Below are positions 1-9,664 of a stretch of 64,000 nucleotides of DNA, one piece after another. The translations under genes were made by a program, and so were the position numbers. The stretch comes from Bacillota bacterium (GTDB lineage Bacteria; Bacillota; Clostridia; Lachnospirales; Lachnospiraceae). The stretch lies in assembly GCA_023423335.1 (NCBI GenBank), contig JAFAFU010000030.1, positions 94,883 through 158,882 of the forward strand, written 5' to 3'. Every line of letters starts with the position of its first letter. The stretch's first letter is position 1. The notes under the pieces were generated by a model. It ran no database searches, had not been told where the DNA came from, and was given only the letters and a program-made list of their open reading frames with translations.

Positions 1-302
1 CCTGAAAGTCTTAGAATTTTATAGAACAGATCATGGCGAAGACTCCTGATGGTATTTCTGGCAACCCTGGCTGCCATCCGGTTGGCAAGGATGTTAAAGG
101 TTCTCGCACCGACCGATAAGACAATCATCACAACACCCCACCAAAGTATCAGGGATACCTTACCGACCGGAATGATGTCATCTATGATAAAGGCCAGGAC
201 CCAGGGAAGCCCCAGATCCATAAAGGTTCCTAAAACCTTAATCGTAAATCCGAGCAGCATTCGCAGCGTATATGGTTTTAAATATTGAAATACCTTCTTC
301 AT
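1..302 (-). CDS. ABC transporter permease/ATP-binding protein (N-terminal TM part; runs off the window)
   Basis: Manual translation from ATG at 302, with AGAGGTAGGG upstream: MKKVFQYLKPYTLRMLLGFTIKVLGTFMDLGLPW...IRSLRHDLFYKI. This is typical of an ABC exporter TM domain. Confidence 0.8.
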   Translation of the reverse strand, partial: MKKVFQYLKPYTLRMLLGFTIKVLGTFMDLGLPWVLAFIIDDIIPVGKVSLILWWGVVMIVLSVGARTFNILANRMAARVARNTIRSLRHDLFYKILRLS

Positions 303-530
303 GTCCCTACCTCTTATGTTTCTATTCGGTGATGTGAGTTCGGTCATATTCCCAAAGTCATCCACAGTGGACCAAACATATATATTTTAGCACCCATTTC
401 CATTCATAGTCAAGAATAGTGTGAATTAAAATATAATTCACACTTGAAAGTTTGCGCCTGCGTACTCAAAGCGTGCAAACACACTTGGCACAAACTAACA
501 CAAAGGAAAGTATATTTGGTTAGTGTGAAA

Positions 531-558
531 AGGGTCCCAGCGATTCGTTTGGGACCCT
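531..558 (-). terminator. Intrinsic terminator after the hydrolase gene
   Basis: AGGGTCCCA...TGGGACCCT inverted repeat with a T-run on the minus strand. Confidence 0.6.
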
Positions 559-606
559 CAATCCATCCGTCATAATTTTAAGATAAAACCCAATATTCCG
601 ACGCCG

Positions 607-2034
607 CTAATTCCCGAGAATCCATTCCGCCATGTCATCAATCACCTGCCGGTCCACTGTACCGGGTACCTCATATTCCGCCATATTCACGGTTTCTGAG
701 GAAGATGTCATGAACAGGTGGTTCAGATTATCATACAAATGGAAGGTTACATTATCCCGGTTTTTTAACAGCTCCTTCCAGGCAGGGAAATCCTTATCCG
801 CATAAACCTGCCAATCCGCACCGCCCTGGGCAATGAACATTGGTACATCAAGGGTTTCTAAAATTTTCGGAATATCAATCTGGTTCAGGCTATACCAATA
901 GGAGGCCGGCATACCGAAGTAGTCTCCCGTGGATTCCTCCGTAAGGAGCCTGATCTGCCCTGCCTGTTCCCTGGTTAATTCCATAATATCTTTTATCTGA
1001 TCTTCGGTATATTCTCCGGAAATCCCGGTCAGAAGCTCCTGCTGGTCTATAATAATATCCTCCAGCCTTCTGGGACTCCCTGCCAGGCTGAGGATACCTG
1101 CAACCTCCTCATGATCAGCAGCAATTTTCGGTGCTAACATACCCCCCAGGCTGTGTCCCAGAACGTAGATCTTTTCGGTATCCACCTGCCCGCATTGGAC
1201 TGCATACTGTATCGCCAGGGCTGCATCCTCCAGGGAATCCGTCTGAATTGTTATCGCTGATGCCAGCTCCGGATACTTTGCCAGCCGCTCACGATATCGG
1301 ATGGTGGCTATCCCCTGCTCTGCCAGTCTATGGGCAATATCACGGAAGGGCTTATTGGCGCTGATGGTCTCATCCCAGTCATGGGTTCCCGAACCGTGAA
1401 CCAGAATTACCACCGGTGGTTTGGTAACATTATTGGGAAGAGTAAGAATCCCATCCAGGGTATATTCCCCTTCTCCGGCCTTTATCGCCTGCTCCGTATA
1501 GAGATCCGTCGTCTCCAGCTTCATATCTATGGTGACATAATCCAGCCATAAGCCCGCCAGCTTATTATCCTTATTATAAGTTAAAGTAATTCGGAAACCG
1601 TTATTTTCGTATTTTAATATCACGATTACAACGGTGGCATCCTGCACCGTATTTTCCGTAATTTCATATAGCTCAAGATATTTTCCGAGTCCGGCTATCG
1701 TCCCTTCCCAGGCAGCCTTCAAGTCCGGTTCCGTCATCTGAGCTTTAATAGAAGCCTCCAGCAATTGATAGGTTCGGTTAAAGTCACCGGCTTCCATTTG
1801 CAAGACAAGCTCCTTGCTTAGCTCCTGCAGATTAACCTCACCGATCCCGTCCGTACCGGACTGCTGTCCGTCCGTTTGTTCCGCCGTTCCGCTCTCCTGC
1901 TCCTTGGAATTCTCTGCATTGATATCCTGCTCCTGTCCTGCTTCCTTCGTATTATTCTTTCCTGCACAACCTGTTGCCGTTAACAGGAAGATAAACAGAA
2001 GTACCGATATTAAGCTTTGTTTCATACCTACCAC
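607..2034 (-). CDS. Lipoprotein alpha/beta hydrolase with DUF3887-like domain
   Basis: Lipobox (TATGC), VILVHGSG, nucleophile motif GHSLGG, QGGADWQV and LNHLF. Confidence 0.8.
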   Translation of the reverse strand: MVGMKQSLISVLLFIFLLTATGCAGKNNTKEAGQEQDINAENSKEQESGTAEQTDGQQSGTDGIGEVNLQELSKELVLQMEAGDFNRTYQLLEASIKAQMTEPDLKAAWEGTIAGLGKYLELYEITENTVQDATVVIVILKYENNGFRITLTYNKDNKLAGLWLDYVTIDMKLETTDLYTEQAIKAGEGEYTLDGILTLPNNVTKPPVVILVHGSGTHDWDETISANKPFRDIAHRLAEQGIATIRYRERLAKYPELASAITIQTDSLEDAALAIQYAVQCGQVDTEKIYVLGHSLGGMLAPKIAADHEEVAGILSLAGSPRRLEDIIIDQQELLTGISGEYTEDQIKDIMELTREQAGQIRLLTEESTGDYFGMPASYWYSLNQIDIPKILETLDVPMFIAQGGADWQVYADKDFPAWKELLKNRDNVTFHLYDNLNHLFMTSSSETVNMAEYEVPGTVDRQVIDDMAEWILGN

Positions 2035-2180
2035 CCATTCCCTTCTCTGTTATTGCTTCCTGTATAGAGAAAAACAATATCAATATAGATGTGAAATATT
2101 ACCACCATTATAAATCATTTCCCTGTTCCAATCAAGGGACAAAGTACCCGGTAATATTTCACATCCAAATTCAAAAGCAT

Positions 2181-5100
2181 TTATTTCATGTTTTTATAGG
2201 CCACGGAGAGCATCAGCTTAATCCGGTTTAATTGGTTGACCCCGGATATCCCCGGATCGTAGTCAATCGGAATGATATTGGCAGATGGGTACATCTCCTT
2301 AATCGGTTTAAACATCCCTTTGCCGGCAATGTGATTGGGCAGGCAGGCCAAGGGCTGAACGCAGATGATATTCGTTGTTCCCTGTTCAATCAGTTCCAGC
2401 ATCTCGGCAGTCACCAGCCAGCCTTCTCCGGTTTGGTTACCCAGAGAAAGAATGGAGGAGGCCATACCAGCCAGCTCATCAATCGGAGTCGGGGGATGGA
2501 AGCGTTCACTCATCTCCAGTTCCTTTCTCAAACTCTTTCGGAACCGGTTAATATAATAAGCCGCAAAATTACTGAACTGCATATTCAGTTTCGACCCGGC
2601 AAGATATCGGAACCGGAATCGTGCATTGAAAGTAGAATATAAGATATAATCCATAAGATCAGGTACAATTGCTTCTGCTCCTCCTTCTTCTAAAATACTT
2701 ACGATATCGTTGTTTGCTGTCGGATGATATTTGACCAAAATCTCGCCGACAATCCCAACCCTGGGTTTTTTAATGTCCGTAAGTTCCAGATGGTCAAAAT
2801 CCCTGATGATCCCGCAGATATAATTCTCAAAGGTTCTCCTGCGGGGACTTCTGAGGTTTTCTTTTGCCTTCTTATTCCATTTTTCATAAAGCAGCTGTGC
2901 GGAACCCGGAAATCTCTCGTAGGGCCTGGTGCGGTTCAATACTCTCATAAAGAGATCGCCATAGATCATAGCCATGATACAGCGGTTAATCAGTCCGACG
3001 GAGAACTTAAAGCCCGGCTGCTTCTGAAGACCTGCCGCATTGACTGAGATAATCGGAACCTGGGGAAATCCGGCCTGCTTCAAGCCCAATTCCAGCATGG
3101 CCAGGTAATTCGTCGCCCGGCAACCGCCGCCGCTCTGGGTGATTATAACAGAGGTCCTCTCCGGATCATATTGTCCGGATTTTAACGCCTTTACGACTTG
3201 TCCGATCATAATGATCGCCGGGTAGCAGGCATCATTATTCACATATTTCAGGCCCTCATCCACTGCCGACCGGTCAAAAGCAGGGAGTACCTCCAGACGG
3301 TACCCGCAGGAGCGGGCCGCCTCACGGATCAGGTCGAACTGGATCGGAGCCATCTGGGGCGCCAGAATGGTATGGGTAAGCCTCATTGCCTTTGTAAATA
3401 CTGGGATCGGGGATTCTTCTCCAGGGATATCCCCCGATCGCGCATTCTTTTTCCTCTCCTCCATCGCAGCAATCAGGGACCGCAGCCTGATTTTTGCAGC
3501 TCCCAGATTATTGCCTTCGTCGATTTTCAGCATGGTGTACAGTTTTCCGCCGGATGCAAGCAGCTCCGCTATCTGGTCCGAGGTGACCGCATCCAGACCA
3601 CAGCCAAAGGAATTCAACTGCACCATCTCCAGGCAGGGTTCCTGTGCCACCAGGGAAGCGGCCCGATACAGCCTGGAATTATAAGTCCACTGGTCCACGA
3701 CTCTGAGCTTTTGCTTCAGGCCGGAGAGATGGGATATGCTGTCCTCGGTTAGTACGGCCAACCCGTAAGACAGGATCAGCTCCGCTATTCCATGGTGGAT
3801 CCCCGGGTCCACATGATAGGGCTTACCGCATAATACAATGCCTGTCTTCCCCTCGGCCCTCAGATAATTCAAGGTCTCTTCCCCCTTGGAGCGGATATCC
3901 TTCTTATATTGTTCCCGTTCTCTGCAGGCCTCAGACACCGCCTGCTTTGCTTCCTGATAAGTTACCCGGTAATCCCTGAACTCCTCCATAATCCGCCGGA
4001 TAAGAAGCCTGCTGTCTTCCATGGACAGGAAGGGAGATATGAATTTTACCTGGTATTTTTTCAGCGCCTCCACATTATTTTTAATAACCTCAGGATAGGA
4101 GGTTACAATCGGACAGTTATAGTGATTCGCCGCATCAGCGTATTCCTTCTTCTCATAGACCACACAGGGATAAAAAATAGTCCGTATTCCTCTATCAATC
4201 AGATCCATAATATGTCCATGACATAGTTTCGCAGGGTAGCAGGCTGACTCGGAAGGAATTGTCTCAAGCCCTTTCTCATATAGCTTTTTACCGGAAGGGG
4301 AGGAAAGGATCACCCGAAATCCCAGACCGGTAAGCAGCTTAAACCAGAAGGGGTAGTTTTCAAATATATTGAGAACCCGGGGTATTCCGATTGTCCCCCG
4401 GTAAGCCTCCTTCTCATCCAGAGGCTGGTATCCGAAAGTCCTTTGATATTTATAGCTATATAGATTTGGAAGCTTGTCCTTCATCACCTTCTCCGCTCCA
4501 ATTCCTCTTTCACAGCGGTTTCCGGTTGTAAAGCTCTCTCCGCCCGAAAAGCTGTTCACCGTAAGGAGGCATTGGTTTGTGCATTTGCCGCATCGGCGGT
4601 AGGAGGAGGTCATCCTAAAATCCTGAAGGTCTTCCAGCGCCAGCAGAGAAGACCGGTCATTAAAATGCCCGGAGGGGTCATATCCGCAGGAAGCCCCGGT
4701 TAAAGCCCGTCCATCCGCCGCTTCCTTTTCCTCCAGATAACGTTCCTTTGCGATTAAGGCCGCGCCAAAGGCTCCCATTAAGCCGGCAATATCCGGCCGG
4801 ACGGCCTCTCTTCCTGTAATTTTCTCAAAACAGCGGAGTACCGCATCATTGTAGAAGGTACCGCCCTGGACGATGATATGCTTTCCCAGGTCCTTCGGAT
4901 CCCGGATCTTAATCACCTTATATAAGGCATTTTTTATCACGGAATAGGATAATCCGGCAGACAGCTCCGCTACTCCGGCCCCCTCCTTCTGCGCCTGTTT
5001 TACCTTGGAATTCATGAATACGGTACATTTCGTACCCAAGTCCACCGGGGCCTTTGCATAGAGTGCTTCCCTGGCAAAATCCTCCACCTTCATATGGAGT

Positions 5101-6473
5101 GAGGCCGCAAAACCCTCCAGGAAGGACCCGCATCCCGAAGAACAGGCCTCATTCAGCAGGATACTGTCTATCGCACCCTCTTTCATCCTAAGGCATTTCA
5201 TATCCTGTCCTCCGATATCAAGGATAAAATCCACCTCCGGAAGAAAGAAGCTTGCCGCCTTATAATGGGCGATCGTCTCTATCTCTCCGATATCCGCATG
5301 AAGGGCGGCCTTCATCAGTGCTTCCCCATACCCGGTAACTGCAGTTCTGGTGATAAAAACTCCCTGCGGCAGCTTGTGGTACAGCTCCTTCAATACCTCT
5401 ACCAGCTTCTTAAGAGGATGCCCTTCATTTCCGCCATAATAAGAATACAGAAGCTCTCCTTCCTCACCAATGACCGTAAGCTTCGAGGTTGTGGAACCGG
5501 CATCAATCCCCAGAAATACCTTTCCCTGATACCGGCCAAGCTCACCCCGCCGTACCACGGCCTGCCGGTGTCTTGCCCGGAAACTGCCGTATTCCTCCTG
5601 ATTTAGGAATAGCGGTTCCAGCCGGCTGACCTCTTCTTCCCTGAGGTCTGAGATTAATGCTACCCTGTCATTCAGCTTCTTAAGGGATATTTGTTCTGTT
5701 CGCTTTGCTGACAGCGCAGCCCCTATGGCCGCAAAGAGCTGGGAATGGTCCGGACAAATGATTTCCTCCTCTGTCAGCCGCAGACTCTCGGCAAATCGTT
5801 CCTTAAGCTCAGATAAGAAATACAGCGGCCCTCCCAGAAAAGCCACTTTACCGCGGATCGGTTTTCCGCAAGCCAGACCGCCTATGGTTTGGTTCACTAC
5901 GGCCTGGAAGATGGAAGCCGCGATGTCCTCCTTCCTCGCTCCTTCATTAATCAGAGGCTGGATATCTGTCTTTGCAAATACCCCGCAGCGGGATGCAATC
6001 GGATATATGACTTCATACCCCTTCGCCAGTTCGTTCAGCCCTGCGGCATCCGTATGGAGCAGAACCGCCATCTGGTCAATAAAAGCCCCGGTTCCTCCGG
6101 CACAGCTGCTATTCATTCGCTGTTCCACAGAGCCCTTCAAATAAGTAATTTTCGCATCCTCCCCTCCCAGCTCGATAACAACCTCCGTCTGGGGTATCCT
6201 GTTTTCCACTGCACCGGTGCAGGCGATTACCTCCTGCACAAAGGGAAGGTCAAGCCATTCGGAAACCGAGAGTCCGCCGGAGCCCGTGATACTGATACTG
6301 ACCGGGATATCGCCCAGTTCCCTATAGCATTCTTTTATAATAGTAATTAAGGTTTCCTTCATATCAGAAAAATGTCTTCTGTAATCACTGTATAATAAGT
6401 GTTTCTCTTCCTCGAGCACCACCAGCTTCACTGTAGTTGATCCGATATCAACACCTAATCTGTATCTTTTCAT
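2181..6473 (-). CDS. Multidomain 2-hydroxyacyl-CoA dehydratase activase-related protein (two ASKHA/BadF-type ATPase domains plus dehydratase-like C-terminus)
   Basis: GVDIGSTT...ELGGEDAK...CAGGTG and GIDAGSTT...DIGGQDMK...CSSGCG motifs. C-terminal NSFGCGLD, ACYPA, GGGCRATNY and QPLACLPNH. Confidence 0.85.
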   Translation of the reverse strand: MKRYRLGVDIGSTTVKLVVLEEEKHLLYSDYRRHFSDMKETLITIIKECYRELGDIPVSISITGSGGLSVSEWLDLPFVQEVIACTGAVENRIPQTEVVIELGGEDAKITYLKGSVEQRMNSSCAGGTGAFIDQMAVLLHTDAAGLNELAKGYEVIYPIASRCGVFAKTDIQPLINEGARKEDIAASIFQAVVNQTIGGLACGKPIRGKVAFLGGPLYFLSELKERFAESLRLTEEEIICPDHSQLFAAIGAALSAKRTEQISLKKLNDRVALISDLREEEVSRLEPLFLNQEEYGSFRARHRQAVVRRGELGRYQGKVFLGIDAGSTTSKLTVIGEEGELLYSYYGGNEGHPLKKLVEVLKELYHKLPQGVFITRTAVTGYGEALMKAALHADIGEIETIAHYKAASFFLPEVDFILDIGGQDMKCLRMKEGAIDSILLNEACSSGCGSFLEGFAASLHMKVEDFAREALYAKAPVDLGTKCTVFMNSKVKQAQKEGAGVAELSAGLSYSVIKNALYKVIKIRDPKDLGKHIIVQGGTFYNDAVLRCFEKITGREAVRPDIAGLMGAFGAALIAKERYLEEKEAADGRALTGASCGYDPSGHFNDRSSLLALEDLQDFRMTSSYRRCGKCTNQCLLTVNSFSGGESFTTGNRCERGIGAEKVMKDKLPNLYSYKYQRTFGYQPLDEKEAYRGTIGIPRVLNIFENYPFWFKLLTGLGFRVILSSPSGKKLYEKGLETIPSESACYPAKLCHGHIMDLIDRGIRTIFYPCVVYEKKEYADAANHYNCPIVTSYPEVIKNNVEALKKYQVKFISPFLSMEDSRLLIRRIMEEFRDYRVTYQEAKQAVSEACREREQYKKDIRSKGEETLNYLRAEGKTGIVLCGKPYHVDPGIHHGIAELILSYGLAVLTEDSISHLSGLKQKLRVVDQWTYNSRLYRAASLVAQEPCLEMVQLNSFGCGLDAVTSDQIAELLASGGKLYTMLKIDEGNNLGAAKIRLRSLIAAMEERKKNARSGDIPGEESPIPVFTKAMRLTHTILAPQMAPIQFDLIREAARSCGYRLEVLPAFDRSAVDEGLKYVNNDACYPAIIMIGQVVKALKSGQYDPERTSVIITQSGGGCRATNYLAMLELGLKQAGFPQVPIISVNAAGLQKQPGFKFSVGLINRCIMAMIYGDLFMRVLNRTRPYERFPGSAQLLYEKWNKKAKENLRSPRRRTFENYICGIIRDFDHLELTDIKKPRVGIVGEILVKYHPTANNDIVSILEEGGAEAIVPDLMDYILYSTFNARFRFRYLAGSKLNMQFSNFAAYYINRFRKSLRKELEMSERFHPPTPIDELAGMASSILSLGNQTGEGWLVTAEMLELIEQGTTNIICVQPLACLPNHIAGKGMFKPIKEMYPSANIIPIDYDPGISGVNQLNRIKLMLSVAYKNMK

Positions 6474-6765
6474 GCTGCATACTCCTAGCCTTAATATTTA
6501 TTCCACACTTATGTATTATGAACAGGATAGGTTAAATCATTCAGACCGCCGGTATATTTCCCATAAGGACAGAAAATTATCCCAATCAAAAATTTTGTAC
6601 TGGACGAAATCCAAGGAAGTTATTATAATATAAGTATTAAGTTAAAAGCATGTATTCTTTCGACCACAAGGCTGTGCCTGCGCAATCTCCGGCACAATCT
6701 TGATATGCGCAAAAAGAGATACAGGGATATGAAAAATGATAAATTTCATAAGAGGAGAGATGAAT

Positions 6766-6891
6766 ATGGCGAATAGAGATATTAAAAAAGAGGTTAAGAA
6801 AAAGAAGAAGGCTGACATCGGCGTATTACCCACAGTGAAGCCCATGATGCCTCAGCCGGAAGTCATTAAAAAGCCCAAAAAGAATGCGTAG
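6766..6891 (+). CDS. Small Lys-rich protein (41 aa), not in the ORF track
   Basis: AGGAG RBS; MANRDIKKEVKKKKKADIGVLPTVKPMMPQPEVIKKPKKNA*; followed by a terminator at 6988-7030. Confidence 0.65.
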   Translation: MANRDIKKEVKKKKKADIGVLPTVKPMMPQPEVIKKPKKNA

Positions 6892-6987
6892 TCCTTTTCT
6901 TCGGGCTTAAGCGGTATCAATCTGCCGTTAAAAGTACAAGCTGTGCAAAAATGTTAAAGCCTGCAAAGATGTGCGGATACGAATCAA

Positions 6988-7030
6988 AAATGCACCAAAA
7001 CCTTTTATAATTAAGGGGTTTGGTGCATTT
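6988..7030. terminator. Bidirectional terminator
   Basis: AAATGCACCAAAACC...GGTTTTGGTGCATTT between convergent genes. Confidence 0.7.
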
Positions 7031-7040
7031 GTAATTATAC

Positions 7041-7646
7041 TTATATCATGATATTTAAGCTGCGCATATCCTTCAGGGCTTTTTCCAAGTCTTCGAATAA
7101 AATTGTATGGAAACCGTAAGCGGCGGCAGCCTCCAGGTTATCTCCCACATCATCCAGGAATACTGCTTCCTCCGGGTTAATATCGTATTTTTTAATCAGA
7201 GCTTCAAATATCTCCGGCTCAGGCTTGACATATCCAACCTCATAGGAAATCACGCCGCCGTCCGCATGCTTAATAAATTCAAAATTATCCAGGGCATATT
7301 GAAAGTTTCGCCCTCCATAGTTAGATAACAGATAAACCTTATAGCCGTTTTCCTTCAACCGGTCAATTAATCCGGCCGAATAATCAAATTCTCTCACTGC
7401 CGTATCACTGAACTGCAGGAATTGCCGGATCTCATCAGCAATTTCCGGAGCCTGTGCCGCAAACCTCTCAATCAGCTCCTCCGGAAGCGACGCACTGCGG
7501 TCTACTTCCTTCCACAGTATATTGTTCACGGTTGCATTCCCGACCTTCCTCACCATCTCTTCGCTGAAGCCATGTTCTCTCAGGCAATCCTCCCATGCAA
7601 AGGGAGCCAGTACATTTCCGATATCAAATATGATTACGTTAATCAC
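7041..7646 (-). CDS. HAD-family phosphatase
   Basis: FDIGNVL, LLSN, KPEPEIF and VFLDD motifs. Confidence 0.85.
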   Translation of the reverse strand: MINVIIFDIGNVLAPFAWEDCLREHGFSEEMVRKVGNATVNNILWKEVDRSASLPEELIERFAAQAPEIADEIRQFLQFSDTAVREFDYSAGLIDRLKENGYKVYLLSNYGGRNFQYALDNFEFIKHADGGVISYEVGYVKPEPEIFEALIKKYDINPEEAVFLDDVGDNLEAAAAYGFHTILFEDLEKALKDMRSLNIMI

Positions 7647-7729
7647 GATGTATTATCTCCTTCGTTGTTTTTGGCGGACACGGAGGCTCAATACCTATTA
7701 TAATTTAAACGCCATACCGTGTCAATCTC

Positions 7730-9310
7730 TTACAAAACCACTTCCTTCGTCAAAATCTTCTCACTGAATACGCGGTCATGCTCAATAAAAATCATTGTCG
7801 GCCGGTATTTTAGGATCAGCTCCTCTAACTGTACTCTGGAAAGCAAATCAATGAAATTTAAGGGTTCATCCCACAGGAATACATGGGCCGGTTCGGCCAG
7901 GCTCTTCGCCAGCAATACCTTTTTCCTTTGCCCGGCACTGAACTCCTCCATGTTTTTCTCAAACTGGTTCCGGGTAAAATCCAGCTGTCTGAGTACTGTC
8001 TTGAAGACGGTTTCCTCCAGTCCGTGATAGAGAACAAAGTCCCTCAGGTTCCCCTTCAAATAGGATGTGTCCTGGGAAACATACGATATCTTCATGCCGG
8101 ATGCCACCTGATATCTTCCCGTATACCGGATGTCTTCACCCAGAAGCAGCTTGAACAGAGTGGACTTACCGGAACCGTTCCGTCCCCGGATGGCGATCCT
8201 GTCCCCCTGATCCAATTGAAATGTAATATTGCGGGCTACCTCCCTCTCTCCGTAGGACAGGCACAAATTCTCTGCTTCCATCAGCCGGTGCTTATGGAAA
8301 TCCAGGAGATTTATCTTAAGCGGGTCTGCTTGCTCAATGTTTTTCAGAAGCCCTTTTTTCTCATCAATCGCCTCCAGCTTCCTGCTCTCGATGGATTTTG
8401 CCCGTTTCATCATTTTAGCCGACTTATGCCCGATAAATCCTCTGTCTGCGGAATGCATTCCTATTTTTGAAGCCTCCACCCGGTCCGACCAGCCGGCAGC
8501 ACGTCTGGCCGCTTCTGTAAGTCCGGTGATATCCTTCTTTAATTGTTCGTTTTTTTCCAGCTCATATCGGTCCGTTAACTCTTTGTTATGATACCAGGAG
8601 GAGAAGCTTCCCTTTTGTACCTCAATGTTCGCCCTGTTGATGGAAAGGACATGATCAATGCACTGGTCCAGGAAAGCCCGGTCATGGGACACTAAGAGGA
8701 AACCCTTCTTCGTTTGAAGATATTCCGCCAGGGTATCCCGTCCCTCCATATCCAGATGGTTTGTCGGTTCATCAATCAGCAGAAAATTATTTTTCTTAAG
8801 AAACAGGGCTGCCAGCATGATTTTGGTCCGTTCTCCGAAGCTCAAGGTATCAAAGGACCGGCTGAGAGCTGAAGTATCTACCTGCAGCTTTCCCAGCTCC
8901 TTTTCAATCAGCTCCTCTATCCGATATCCGTTATGGATCTGGTATAGCTCCTGCAGTTCACCGTAACGGACCATTGCATTAAGATCCTGCTCATGGTTTT
9001 CCAGGCATCGCTGCATTTCTCGCTCCCATTCGTCGAAGGGTGCTATAATTTCTTTCACAATATCCATGGTGATACGATCCCTGTTCTCTATCTCGAAGGG
9101 AAAATAATCAAAGTCCACGGAAGCAATAATGCTTCCCTTATACTCATATTTGCCCATCAGCAGGTTAAGGAAGGTCGTTTTCCCCCTCCCGTTCCTTCCG
9201 ATAAACCCCAGCTTCCAATCCGTATCGATCTGAAAGCTCACATTCTCAAATATATTCTCATACACCGTATCATAGCTGAAGGTAAGCTCCTTCACCGTAA
9301 TCTGCGACAT
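7730..9310 (-). CDS. ABC-F ribosomal protection protein, Lsa-like
   Basis: Start reassigned to MSQITVKELTFSY (AAGGAGG RBS). IDTDWKLGFIGRNGRGKTTFL N-terminus typical of Lsa proteins; two ABC domains and no TM segments. Confidence 0.85.
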   Translation of the reverse strand: MSQITVKELTFSYDTVYENIFENVSFQIDTDWKLGFIGRNGRGKTTFLNLLMGKYEYKGSIIASVDFDYFPFEIENRDRITMDIVKEIIAPFDEWEREMQRCLENHEQDLNAMVRYGELQELYQIHNGYRIEELIEKELGKLQVDTSALSRSFDTLSFGERTKIMLAALFLKKNNFLLIDEPTNHLDMEGRDTLAEYLQTKKGFLLVSHDRAFLDQCIDHVLSINRANIEVQKGSFSSWYHNKELTDRYELEKNEQLKKDITGLTEAARRAAGWSDRVEASKIGMHSADRGFIGHKSAKMMKRAKSIESRKLEAIDEKKGLLKNIEQADPLKINLLDFHKHRLMEAENLCLSYGEREVARNITFQLDQGDRIAIRGRNGSGKSTLFKLLLGEDIRYTGRYQVASGMKISYVSQDTSYLKGNLRDFVLYHGLEETVFKTVLRQLDFTRNQFEKNMEEFSAGQRKKVLLAKSLAEPAHVFLWDEPLNFIDLLSRVQLEELILKYRPTMIFIEHDRVFSEKILTKEVVL

Positions 9311-9363
9311 AATATCGTCCTCCTTCCATATCGGCATTCCGTACAAAATGTTGGCCGGAATGC

Positions 9364-9573
9364 AAAAAACCACAAGAAATTATTCTTCTTGTGGTCAGAC
9401 AATCGCATAATACGGAGCCGCCCCATGAAGGAACAAGGGTCTCTCCAATCTTATAATCGTATGCATGAATCCATCGGAAACAGGAATAATAATTTCTTGC
9501 CTGCAACAAAAGTAAGCCCTATGGCTCTCCTGTTACATATTCTGAATTAGAATTAGCAAGTAATATTAATCAT
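9364..9573 (-). promoter_or_regulatory. Leader-peptide transcription attenuator of the ABC-F gene
   Basis: uORF MINITC* (9553-9573). Terminator ACCACAAGAA/TTCTTGTGGT plus T-run (9364-9395). A 12-nt segment (9488-9499) is complementary to the terminator loop and 3' arm. Confidence 0.7.
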
Positions 9574-9664
9574 TCCTCAACCTCGATTCGTTTTAATGGA
9601 ATTATTGTAACATCCGTTTTCGGCTATGTCAACCCGGTGCTCCGGTTATTTTCTGACGCACCTG

